Source: an uncultured bacterium
GTDB taxonomy: Bacteria; Fidelibacterota; Marinisomatia; Marinisomatales; TCS56
Length of the DNA: 64,000 bases
Assembly (NCBI GenBank): GCA_964410945.1
Contig: CAYPJE010000003.1
Location: 3,398-67,397, forward strand
Direction of reading: 5' to 3'
Shown: positions 48,642 to 57,967 of the stretch, in pieces
How positions within the stretch are numbered: the first letter of the stretch is position 1
Layout of the letters: every line of letters starts with the position of its first letter
Position numbers and translations under genes: made by a program
The notes under the pieces: generated by a model
What the model was told of the DNA's origin: nothing
What the model saw: the letters and a program-made list of their open reading frames with translations, nothing else
Database searches by the model: none

Positions 48642-50978
48642 ATGAGCAGTACAGCTACCTCCCCTGTTAAGGATAAAATTTTTCCCGCTAACTCCACCCT
48701 GATCATTGATGGTCCCCAACGGCAGGAATACACGGTTGGCCCGGTGGAACCATCGCCCTGCACAATGGCCTGTCCCGCCGGTGTAAATGTAAAAGCCTAT
48801 GTTTCACTGATGGCTGCCGGTCGTTTCCGGGAGGCCTTGGAAGTAATTCGTGAACGCAATCCCCTGCCGGGAATCTGTGGCCGGGTATGCACGCATCCCT
48901 GCGAGGCGGCCTGCAATCGGAATCAGGTTGATCAACCGGTGGCGGTCAGATGGCTGAAACGTTTCGCTGCCGATTGGGAACTGGCCAATCAGATTGCAGA
49001 TCCGGTTCCTTTCAATACAGCAAAGACCGGAAAAATTGCCGTGATCGGTTCCGGACCCAGCGGTTTAACAGCGGCCAACGACCTGGTACGCCAGGGTTAT
49101 GCGGTGACAGTTTTTGAGGCAATGGATGAACCGGGTGGTATGCTGATCGCCGGAATTCCGGCCTACCGCCTGCCCAGAAAAATATTATCCACTGAAATTA
49201 AATACCTTGAGAAACTTGGCATTAAAATCAGAACCGGGGAAAAAATCAGCGGTGATAAGGCACTGGAAAAATTATTTGCCCAGGGTTATAAGGCAATTTA
49301 CCTGGCAATCGGTGCCCAGGATGGAAAAAAATTAAATATCAAGGGAGAGGGTAAAACCGAAGGAGTACTGGATGCTGTCACTTTCCTGAATCAGGTAAAT
49401 CTGTCAGCAGCCAGTAAACCGGGTGATAATATTATTGTAATCGGCGGCGGTAACTCTGCCGTCGATTCAGCCCGGACCGCCCTGCGCCTGGGAAGTAAAA
49501 AAGTGCATATCGTCTATCGCCGAACCAGGCAGGAAATGCCGGCTGACGAAGAGGAAATAGTGGAAGCGGAACACGAAGGTGTGGAAATAACCTATCTGGT
49601 CGCCCCCCTGGAAGTACTGGTGGACAGTGATAAAATCACCGGACTGAAGTGCCAGAAGATGAAACTGGGTAAACCGGATGACAGTGGGCGGCGGCGGCCG
49701 GTTCCAATCGAAGGTTCGGAATTTACCATTGAATGTGACACGGTGATTTCCGCCGTCAGCCAGCAGCTGCGCTTGGACTTCGGTCTGGGTGAAGTCGAAT
49801 TATCGCGCTGGAATACGTTGGCAGCCGATGAGTCAACCATGGCTACCAGTCAGCCGGGTATCTTCGCCGGAGGTGATGCGGTAACTGGTCCCAGCACGGT
49901 GATTGATGCCATTGCCGCCGGGCACCGGGCCGCCGAATCAATCATGCGGTATCTGGATAATGAACCTTTGCAGGCAGACCCATTGCCGGCACCGGGAACA
50001 GAATTTGAAATAAAGATCGATATCGACCAGCGGCCGGCCCAGAACCGGGCTGTTATGCCGGCCAAGAAGATTCAGCAACGATTGGGTAATTTTGATGAAG
50101 TCGAGTTTGGTTTTGATGAAACGACCGCCATTGCTGAAGCCCGACGCTGTCTGCGCTGTGGCCCATGTGTCGAATGCGACAGTTGTCTGACACTATGCGA
50201 TAAGCAACCGGTTCTGCTGACCATCCCGGACCAGTCAGGTGAATATTTATTCCGTGTTCCTGCTGCCCTTCAGTCACAAATAAAAGCCAGTGGCGGGCTT
50301 TCGGTTGATTTGAAAACCGGAGGTAAAGCAACTTCACCGGTCCTGCTGCAGTCCCTCCAACCTCAAGTGGCAGCGAATATCTGCCGCGGTTGCGGCGAGT
50401 GTATCAACATCTGTGAATATGATGCTATCAGCATGATCCCGACCGAAGGTGATTTATCCGTTTCAGTAGTCAATAACGATCTTTGTCGGTCCTGTGGTAC
50501 CTGCGTGGCAACCTGTCCCAACGGTGCCATGCTGCCGGGTTATACCGATTATCAATGGCTGGATTCAAAGCTGGCACATCTCAAACCGGGGAAAATCAAC
50601 CTGGTGGTATTTTCCTGCCGCTGGAATGGTTCCAGTCTGGCAGCGGATGAGATCAGCAAACTCCAGTCCGGCAGAATAAACCTCAATCTGGTGCAGACAA
50701 TCTGCGGGGGACGCATTGATCCAAGCTTTACATTACGGGCAATTTCGGCCGGAGCCACCGGAGTCCTGATCAGCACATGTGCCGATGATGATTGCCATTA
50801 CGGTACCGGTGCCAGCCAGACAAAAGCAGCTTTTGAAGAAACAAAAAACCTGGTTCATATTCTAGGAACCGATACCAGGCGGATCAAATTAATCCAGATT
50901 CCCGGGAATGATTCCGTTGAATTCATTAAAGCCGTTAAATCCTTTGGCACCAAATTAAAAAAACTGGCGAGTAACTAG
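48642..50978 (+). CDS. GltD-like NAD(P)H flavoprotein fused to ferredoxin and MvhD-like domains
   Basis: GltD N-terminal cluster region CPAGVNV...GRVCTHPCEAACNR. GSGPSGLTAA and GGGNSAVD Rossmann motifs. CxxCxxCxxxC motifs. C-terminal FSCRWNG...CGGRID...CHYG (MvhD-like). Confidence 0.8.
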   Translation: MSSTATSPVKDKIFPANSTLIIDGPQRQEYTVGPVEPSPCTMACPAGVNVKAYVSLMAAGRFREALEVIRERNPLPGICGRVCTHPCEAACNRNQVDQPVAVRWLKRFAADWELANQIADPVPFNTAKTGKIAVIGSGPSGLTAANDLVRQGYAVTVFEAMDEPGGMLIAGIPAYRLPRKILSTEIKYLEKLGIKIRTGEKISGDKALEKLFAQGYKAIYLAIGAQDGKKLNIKGEGKTEGVLDAVTFLNQVNLSAASKPGDNIIVIGGGNSAVDSARTALRLGSKKVHIVYRRTRQEMPADEEEIVEAEHEGVEITYLVAPLEVLVDSDKITGLKCQKMKLGKPDDSGRRRPVPIEGSEFTIECDTVISAVSQQLRLDFGLGEVELSRWNTLAADESTMATSQPGIFAGGDAVTGPSTVIDAIAAGHRAAESIMRYLDNEPLQADPLPAPGTEFEIKIDIDQRPAQNRAVMPAKKIQQRLGNFDEVEFGFDETTAIAEARRCLRCGPCVECDSCLTLCDKQPVLLTIPDQSGEYLFRVPAALQSQIKASGGLSVDLKTGGKATSPVLLQSLQPQVAANICRGCGECINICEYDAISMIPTEGDLSVSVVNNDLCRSCGTCVATCPNGAMLPGYTDYQWLDSKLAHLKPGKINLVVFSCRWNGSSLAADEISKLQSGRINLNLVQTICGGRIDPSFTLRAISAGATGVLISTCADDDCHYGTGASQTKAAFEETKNLVHILGTDTRRIKLIQIPGNDSVEFIKAVKSFGTKLKKLASN

Positions 50979-50979
50979 T

Positions 50980-52128
50980 ATGGATACTGAACTGATCACC
51001 GCCGTACACAACACCAATGCCCTGGCCTGCCTGGAGTGCGGGAAATGTACCAGTGTTTGTCCTGTTTCCCGATTCAGCCAGGATTATTCGCCACGGTTGA
51101 TGCTGAATAAGGCTGTCAAACAGGAATTCTCCGGTCTCTTCGCCGACTATGATTTATGGTCCTGTCTGACCTGCAAGCGCTGTGACCTGGTCTGCCCCAG
51201 CAATATCAGTTATATCGAATTGACACAAACTTTACGTAACCGGGCCGATTCGACCCAATTCAAGGGCCAGTGTTCCCATTCCAGTGTTCTGGAAACACTC
51301 CAGAAGATGATGACCACCAGGGAATTGAATCAGAATAGGGTGGATTGGATTACTGGGGATCTGGATGTCTCATTTGATACCGGAGAGGTTCTTTATTTCG
51401 TCGGTTGTGCTCCTTACTTCGATGCCTTTTTCACTGAGCTGGAACTATCCACTCTGGAAGCCGCCCTCAGCAGTATCAAGCTTCTGAATCTTCTGGATAT
51501 AAAGCCGGTTTTACTGCCTCAGGAACGCTGCTGCGGTCACGATTTATACTGGAATGGCGATATCGAAAATTTCAGGATGCTGGCCGAACAGAACCTGGAA
51601 ATGATCGAAGCTACCGGTGCAAAAACAATCCTGTTCTCTTGCGCCGAATGCCAGAGCGCCTTCGAAAATCTTTATAAAAACAACGGATTTAAAGTCCCCT
51701 GGAAATTACAGCATATGAGCCAGTTCCTGGCTGAAAAAGTGGATTCGGGAGAACTTCAATTGGCGGAAAATGATACTCCCATCACCTTCCAGGATCCCTG
51801 CCGGCTGGGACGCCATTTGAATGAATACGATGCTCCGCGGGCCTTATTGAAACCCAATGGTGAAACCAATCTGCTGGAAATGAAACAAACCAGTAAGGGA
51901 TCCCTGTGCTGTGGTGTCGTAGCCTGGATGAATTGTGATGGAACAACCCGTAAAATCCAGAATGAACGGTTGGATCAGGCCTATACCACCGGGGCCGAAA
52001 TCCTGGCAGTAGCCTGCCCGAAATGCCATATCCATCTGCAATGCACTCAACAGCATACCAGTGTAGAGGGACCTGAAATCAAGATTAGAGATATTTCTAC
52101 AATTACATTAGAAAGAATTGAGAATTAA
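50980..52128 (+). CDS. HdrD-like (HdrC+HdrB fused) Fe-S protein with CCG domains
   Basis: CLECGKCTSVCP and CLTCKRCDLVCP ferredoxin motifs. Cys-rich CCG elements ERCCGHD, DPCRLGRH, SLCCG. Confidence 0.8.
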   Translation: MDTELITAVHNTNALACLECGKCTSVCPVSRFSQDYSPRLMLNKAVKQEFSGLFADYDLWSCLTCKRCDLVCPSNISYIELTQTLRNRADSTQFKGQCSHSSVLETLQKMMTTRELNQNRVDWITGDLDVSFDTGEVLYFVGCAPYFDAFFTELELSTLEAALSSIKLLNLLDIKPVLLPQERCCGHDLYWNGDIENFRMLAEQNLEMIEATGAKTILFSCAECQSAFENLYKNNGFKVPWKLQHMSQFLAEKVDSGELQLAENDTPITFQDPCRLGRHLNEYDAPRALLKPNGETNLLEMKQTSKGSLCCGVVAWMNCDGTTRKIQNERLDQAYTTGAEILAVACPKCHIHLQCTQQHTSVEGPEIKIRDISTITLERIEN

Positions 52129-52282
52129 ACACAGAGACACAAAGTCCACGGAGAACAGAGAAAAAAACCGGATTGAAGTGAAAATGCTCAGGCTATTAAT
52201 CATACTTTCCCCAATTTTCATTTTCCAATCTACAATTTCCAATTCTCTCTGTGTCCTTGGTGATCTTAGTGCCTTGGTGGTA
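52129..52282. repeat. intergenic inverted-repeat element between hdrD-like and hdrA
   Basis: ACACAGAGACACAAAG... at the left, ...CTCTCTGTGTCCTTGGTG at the right. The centre has TTTCCAAT-type short tandem motifs. Confidence 0.4.
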
Positions 52283-52306
52283 AAAAATTAAAAAAAGGAG
52301 CAATAG

Positions 52307-54793
52307 ATGAATGACGACGGTCTGAGAGTCGGGGTGTTCGTATGTGAATGCGGCAAGAATATAGCCGGTTCACTGGATTGCCAGAAGGTTAGCGACTATG
52401 CCGCTACCCTGCCCGATGTGGCCTGTTCGGTGGTAAATAAATATACCTGTGCCGAACCGGGCCAGCAGGAGATCAAGCGCTACATCAAGGAGCACAACCT
52501 CAACCGGGTGGTTGTAGCTTCCTGTACGCCGCGTATGCACGAACCCACCTTCCGCAATTGTGTATCCGAAGCCGGACTGAATCCATACCTGATGGAAATG
52601 GCCAATATTCGCGAACACGTAAGCTGGGCCCATATCAATGACTGGGACGCAGCGACACAGAAGGCCATGGATTCGGTACGTATTGCCGTGGCCCGTGCCA
52701 AATTATTAAGACCCCAAACCGAGGCCCGCATCCCTGTAACCAGGGAAGTGCTGGTGATCGGTGGCGGAGTCGCCGGTATTCAATCTGCGCTGGACCTGGC
52801 CGATGCTGGTTACCAGGTTAACTTAGTAGAAAAGGAGGCATCCATTGGAGGGATCATGGCCGCGCTGGACAAGACCTATCCCACCATGGATTGTTCCATA
52901 TGAATACTCGGACCAAAAATGATGGATGTCGGTCGACATCCCCGGATTAATTTATATACGCACAGCGAAATAGAAGACGTCAGCGGCTACATCGGCAACT
53001 TCCAGGTGAAGGTGCGGAAAAAGGCCCGCTATGTAAATGAAGATGAATGCAACGCCTGTGGTGAATGTGAGAAGGTCTGCCCCGTGGTTGGACCCGATGG
53101 ATTCCAGGAAGGTTTTTCCTCCCATAAGGCAATCTACATGCCGTTCCCCCAGGCCGTACCATCGGTCTATATTTTGGACGATGAACTCTGTCTGGGCCAT
53201 AATCCCATTGCCTGCGGGAAATGTGCCGATGTCTGCGAGAAACAGTGCATCGATTTCGACATGGAAGATGAAATCATCGAATTGGATGTCGGTGCCGTGA
53301 TCGTTGCCACCGGGATGGATGTTTATGATCCTACTGAGATGGATGAATACGGCTACACCCGTTTCGAAAATGTTATCACCAGCATGGAATTCGAACGGCT
53401 GATTTCAGCCGGTGGTCCCACGGAAGGTCATTTCGTCCGGCCCAGCGACCAGGAAACACCAAAACGGATCGCCTTCATCCAGTGTGTTGGATCGCGGTCC
53501 AACAGCGCGGTGGGTAATCCTTACTGCAGCAATATCTGCTGCATGAATACCGTCAAGGACAGCCTGTTGCTGAAGGATCATTATCCTGACATAGAAATCA
53601 CTGTATTCTACATGGATATCCGGGCCTTTGGTAAAGGTTTCGAGGACCTTTTCATGCGCAGTAAGATGGCCGGGGTCCAGTATATCCGCGGTTTGCCCGG
53701 TGAATTCTTTGAAGATCCAACCACAAGGAATATCACCTTGATTGCCGAAGACACCAATACCGGTGCCATCCAGGATTATGAATTCGATACGGTGGTACTT
53801 TCAGTTGGTGTAATTCCCCGCAAGGACAGTGATATGGTCCGGCAGCTCTTCACCCTGTCCCGCACCGAAGACGGATTCTTCATGGAATCCCATCCCAAGC
53901 TCAAGCCGGTTGATGCTCCTACCGGCGGGGTGTTCTTTGCCGGTTGCGTGGAATATCCCAAGGATGTGAAGGACAGCGTTACCCAGGCCAGTGCTGCGGC
54001 GGCCCGCGCCCAGGTACTGCTGAACGCCGGTGATATAAGTATCGAGGCCATTACCTCCGAATGCCATACCGAGGACTGTTCATCCTGTGGCATCTGTGTT
54101 AAAGTATGTCCGTTCAACGCTATCCGTGGTGGCGATGCCAAAGCCAAGATACCCGCCGAGGTGATCGAAGCAATGTGCAAAGGCTGTGGTACCTGCGCCG
54201 CCGAATGTAACTTCGATGCCCTGACCATGAAGCATTTCGAGGATGCCCAGTATATCGCCCAGATCGATGCCATGCTGGAAGGCGACAATATGGCAAATAC
54301 AGTGGTCTTTGCCTGCAACTGGTGTTCATACGCCGGTGCCGACCTGGCTGGTTTGTCGCGCCTGCAGTACCCGGCCAATCAACGTATCATGCGTACCATG
54401 TGCAGCGGCCGCGTTGATTCGGAATTCATCCTGCATGCCTTTGAAAAAGGCGCCCCGATCGTCCTGGTATCCGGCTGTCATTTCGCCGATTGCCATTACA
54501 TTGATGCCAATCGCTGGACGGTCAAGCGGGTCGAGAAACTGTGGGATAAAATGGAAAAACTTGGTATTCGTCCCGAACGGTTGCAGCTGGAGTGGATCTC
54601 CGCTGCCGAAGGCCAGAAATGGGCCCGCACGATGCGTGAGCTGGAGGAGATGCGCCAGAAGGTCACCAAGGACGAGGTAAAGCACACCATACAAGTCCTA
54701 AAAGAGGAACGGGAAAAGGCTGAAGCCAGGGCCGCCAAAAAAGCAGAAAAGAAGCTGAAGCCCAAACCAGTTCCGGTAAAGGCGGAAGCATAA
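52307..54793 (+). CDS. hdrA: heterodisulfide reductase subunit A-like flavoprotein with C-terminal MvhD domain, selenocysteine-containing
   Basis: Track ORFs 52307..52903 and 52919..54793 are in the same frame, separated only by TGA (52901..52903). The read-through gives KTYPTMDCSI-U-ILGPKMMDVGRHPRINL, matching the conserved HdrA DCS-x-C-ILxPK motif. GGGVAGIQSA FAD motif. C-terminal FACNWCSY...CSGRVD...CHY. Confidence 0.85.
52924..52941 (+). promoter_or_regulatory. candidate SECIS hairpin downstream of the hdrA UGA
   Basis: GGATGTC-ggtc-GACATCC: perfect 7-bp stem with a 4-nt loop GGUC, beginning 20 nt after the TGA. Confidence 0.55.
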
Positions 54794-54848
54794 GATCGAA
54801 ATCTGTCACCTTGCACCAGTTGCCGGGTAGCACAATATAGTAAAAAAT

Positions 54849-54913
54849 GTCATGCTGAGCCTGTCGAAGCATGATAATCAATGTCAGTCACCCTTCGACA
54901 GGCTCAGGGTGAC
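54849..54913. repeat. hairpin-forming intergenic repeat, family A, copy 3
   Basis: GTCATGCTGAGCCTGTCGAAGCA-...-CCCTTCGACAGGCTCAGGGTGAC. The arms are near-perfect inverted repeats. It sits just 3' of hdrA. Confidence 0.75.
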
Positions 54914-54929
54914 AATAGTTAAAACTGTA

Positions 54930-55070
54930 ATGGAAGAAGCACCATTCAAATGTCTGCGCTGCGGCCATGATTTCACTATGCCATATGATAAAAATGTCAT
55001 GGTGGAACGGGCCTGCCCCAAATGTGGCAGCAACAGCGTCCGTCGGCTAAAGAAAAAACCGGCCAAATAA
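54930..55070 (+). CDS. small zinc-ribbon protein
   Basis: MEEAPFKCLRCGHDF...CPKCGSNSVRR (two CxxC pairs). The track ORF start at 54852 lies inside the repeat, so I trimmed to Met27. Confidence 0.5.
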   Translation: MEEAPFKCLRCGHDFTMPYDKNVMVERACPKCGSNSVRRLKKKPAK

Positions 55071-55201
55071 AAAACAAGCCGGTTTACTCACACTGCAATC
55101 TTACTCGACAGGATTTCCAGCTATTGTTGGCTATCCAAAAAATATCCGTTGACATTCATTACGCGTTAACCTATAATAAATATAAACATGCGGGAGGTAG
55201 C

Positions 55202-55786
55202 ATGGGTGAAAACAAGAGTATCAATTATTTCCGGGCCTTTGCCGATATCAGCAAAGCCATCAGTTCGACGTTGAAGTTGCACAAGGTACTGGATCGAATA
55301 TTATTTAACACTATTGAAGCCCTGGATCTGAAAGCCGGGGCGATCAGTCTGTGGAACAAAGGTGCTAATCGTCTGGAGATGATTGCTCATGTCAACCTGA
55401 GTGAGGAGTTCTTGAACAAGGGACCGGTCCTGGGCGATAAATCGATGCCCCGGGCCCTTAAAACCGGCCAACCAGTCATCGTCCCTGATATATACAAAGA
55501 TGACCAGTTGCAGTATCCCGAAGCCTGCAAAAAGGAAGGTATAACCGCCCTGCTGTCGATCCCCATCATCTTTAAGGATAATATTATCGGTGTCCTCAGG
55601 CTCTATAACGCTTCTGAGCGCGATTTTACCAACCGGGAGGTGGAATTCATGACTGCCATTGCCGAACAGGGCGGGGTGGCGATTGAAAATGCCCGGGTAA
55701 TGCAGCAGTTAAGCAAAGACCACAAGCGTGAAATGGATGATCTGTGGAACTGGTTCAGCGATTTCTCAGATAAATCAGGATATTAG
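55202..55786 (+). CDS. GAF-domain protein
   Basis: ATG at 55202 preceded by GGGAGG. GAF-like pattern (LHKVLDRILFNTIEALDLKAGAISLW ... ITALLSIPIIFKDNIIGVLRLYN). Confidence 0.65.
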   Translation: MGENKSINYFRAFADISKAISSTLKLHKVLDRILFNTIEALDLKAGAISLWNKGANRLEMIAHVNLSEEFLNKGPVLGDKSMPRALKTGQPVIVPDIYKDDQLQYPEACKKEGITALLSIPIIFKDNIIGVLRLYNASERDFTNREVEFMTAIAEQGGVAIENARVMQQLSKDHKREMDDLWNWFSDFSDKSGY

Positions 55787-55851
55787 TTCATCGTCCGGTT
55801 ATTTTGATTAATTTTCACCGGGGCTAATAATTAAAGAATTTGGGTATCAAG

Positions 55852-57090
55852 ATGAAACATAAGCGAGTGGTAGTAACCGGATTGGGAGTCGTCTCACCGG
55901 TTGGAACAGGTAAAGAAGAATTCTGGCAGGGTTTGAAATCCGGTCGCAATGGGGCCGGACCGGTAACCCATTTCGATGCCAGTGACTACCGGGCCAAACT
56001 GGCGGGTGAAGTCAGGGATTTTGATCCTGTCCAATGGATAGAGCCCAAGACCGCTGCCCGCATGGATCGTTTTACCCAGTTTTCCATGGCCGCAGCAACT
56101 ATGGCCCTGGAAGATGCTGGTCTGGACTCATTTGATTTCGATGGTAATCGTTTCGGTATTATTGTCGGCTCGGGAATCGGTGGATCAAAAACGATCGAAG
56201 ACGGCTATGATATTCTTAACACTCGTGGCCCCGGCGGACTGAATCCATTCTTCGTCTCGAAGCTGCTGATCAATATGGCCGCCTGTATGGTATCGATAAA
56301 ATACGGTTTAAAAGGTCCGATTTCGGCTCCTTCGGTGGCCTGCTCCACCGGCGGCAATGCCATTGGTGACGCCTTCCGTATTCTCCAGCGGGGCGATGCC
56401 GATATCATGCTGGCCGGCAGCTCGGAGGCGGCTATCAATCCCCTGCCTTATGGCGGATTCTGTGCCACCCGTTCCATGACGCCCAGCCTCGATCCCGAAA
56501 CCGCCAGCCGGCCCTTTGATAAGGACCGGGACGGCTTCATGATGGGCGAGGGCTGCGGACTGGTAACACTGGAAACGCTGGAACATGCTCAAACCCGGGG
56601 TGCTGCCATCTATGGCGAGCTGGCCGGCTATGGCAATACGGCCGATGCCTACCATTTTACCGCCCCCCATCCCGAAAGTGACGGTATGATCCGGGTTATG
56701 ACAAATGCTTTGGATGATGCTGGTATGCAACCAGGTGATCTGGATTATATCAACGCTCACGGTACATCAACCAAGCTCAACGATCAACGCGAAACAGCAG
56801 CTATTCAACAGGTCTTTGGCGACTACGCCGCAAACTTGAAAATCAGTTCAACAAAATCAATGATCGGCCACCTGCTAGCCGCTTCCGGAGCGGTGGAATT
56901 CGTGGCAACCATGCTTTGCCTGCACCACCGGACCGTCCACCCCACCATCAATTATGCCACACCAGATCCTGACTGCCCGCTGGATTACGTACCCAACGAA
57001 GCACAACCACTGGATATTAGGGCCGCAATCTCCAATTCATTTGGCTTCGGCGGCGGGAACGTGAGTTTGCTGGTCAAGCGGTTTGAATGA
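55852..57090 (+). CDS. fabF: beta-ketoacyl-ACP synthase II
   Basis: MKHKRVVVTGLGVVSPVG. Active-site ACSTGGNA. HGTSTKLND and GHLLAASG His motifs. Confidence 0.9.
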   Translation: MKHKRVVVTGLGVVSPVGTGKEEFWQGLKSGRNGAGPVTHFDASDYRAKLAGEVRDFDPVQWIEPKTAARMDRFTQFSMAAATMALEDAGLDSFDFDGNRFGIIVGSGIGGSKTIEDGYDILNTRGPGGLNPFFVSKLLINMAACMVSIKYGLKGPISAPSVACSTGGNAIGDAFRILQRGDADIMLAGSSEAAINPLPYGGFCATRSMTPSLDPETASRPFDKDRDGFMMGEGCGLVTLETLEHAQTRGAAIYGELAGYGNTADAYHFTAPHPESDGMIRVMTNALDDAGMQPGDLDYINAHGTSTKLNDQRETAAIQQVFGDYAANLKISSTKSMIGHLLAASGAVEFVATMLCLHHRTVHPTINYATPDPDCPLDYVPNEAQPLDIRAAISNSFGFGGGNVSLLVKRFE

Positions 57091-57967
57091 CAGCCGCCAG
57101 TTGATCCAGTAATAATCCCTTCTCGGATACATCCAGTGGTGCCTGTGGTGGCACCAGATTCAGCCATGTACGATCACCGGTCTGTTCGGCTATGGCCAGC
57201 TTCAAAGCAGGGATCATGGCATACTGCTCAAACTGATCCCTTATTTCATCCAGCTTTTTTTGCAGTGCCGGTCTTTCAGTTGCCGGCCGGTCGAATACCT
57301 GGCGCATTAACTGGCTGGTCAAATTAGCGGTGGCGGAAATACATCCGGCACCATTGACTTCCAATATGTCGCTCAGGAACCGTTCACTGCCTGCGTAAAC
57401 CTCGAAGCCTGGGAATTCATCAATTACTGTACGCATATGGTTATAGTCACCACTGGAATCTTTCATTCCAAGGACGATACCCGGGAAATCCCGTAACAGT
57501 TTTTCAATCAGATTATGACTGAATGATACAGCACTCATTTGAGGAAAATGATATAAATAAATATTCAGGTCCGGTGTACCAGCCGCATCAATTAACCGGG
57601 CAATTCCAGCATAGATACCCGCATCAGATACCGATTTATAGTAAAACGGGGGCAGCAATAAAATACCACCAACCTTATAATCAACCGCCTGGCGCGTCAG
57701 TTCAATTGTATCGTCCAGGGCCGAACAGCCGGTACCAACCAGCAATTTCTCCGGAGGTACCCCACCCTCCAAAACAGTCGCCAATGCGGTTCTACGTTGC
57801 TTAACACTGAAGGAATTGGCCTCTCCTGTGGTTCCAAGCAGACATACCCCGTCGCAACCATTATTCATTAACCGGCGGCAGTGTTCATTCAAACGTTCAT
57901 AGTCGATTTCCAGTTCATCTGTAACTGGTGTAAGACTGGCCGCGTATATTCCTCTGGGAATTCCCAT
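57074..57967 (-). CDS. dihydrodipicolinate synthase (DapA/NAL) family lyase
   Basis: GTTGE motif (LLGTTGEANS). Schiff-base lysine context GMKDSSGD. Converges on and overlaps fabF by 17 nt. Confidence 0.8.
   Translation of the reverse strand: MGIPRGIYAASLTPVTDELEIDYERLNEHCRRLMNNGCDGVCLLGTTGEANSFSVKQRRTALATVLEGGVPPEKLLVGTGCSALDDTIELTRQAVDYKVGGILLLPPFYYKSVSDAGIYAGIARLIDAAGTPDLNIYLYHFPQMSAVSFSHNLIEKLLRDFPGIVLGMKDSSGDYNHMRTVIDEFPGFEVYAGSERFLSDILEVNGAGCISATANLTSQLMRQVFDRPATERPALQKKLDEIRDQFEQYAMIPALKLAIAEQTGDRTWLNLVPPQAPLDVSEKGLLLDQLAAVIQTA

Noticed and set aside
52901-52903. TGA between ORFs 52307..52903 and 52919..54793, read as a true stop (split gene or pseudogene).
   Set aside because: Both parts share a frame. 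The codon falls exactly on the conserved HdrA Cys/Sec position (DCSI-U-ILGPK). A SECIS-like hairpin follows, and selD in the same window also uses UGA-Sec.
54852-54929. N-terminal 26 residues (MLSLSKHDNQCQSPFDRLRVTIVKTV) of track ORF 54852..55070.
   Set aside because: They are encoded entirely by the family-A hairpin repeat. The conserved-looking zinc-ribbon part starts at Met27 (54930).
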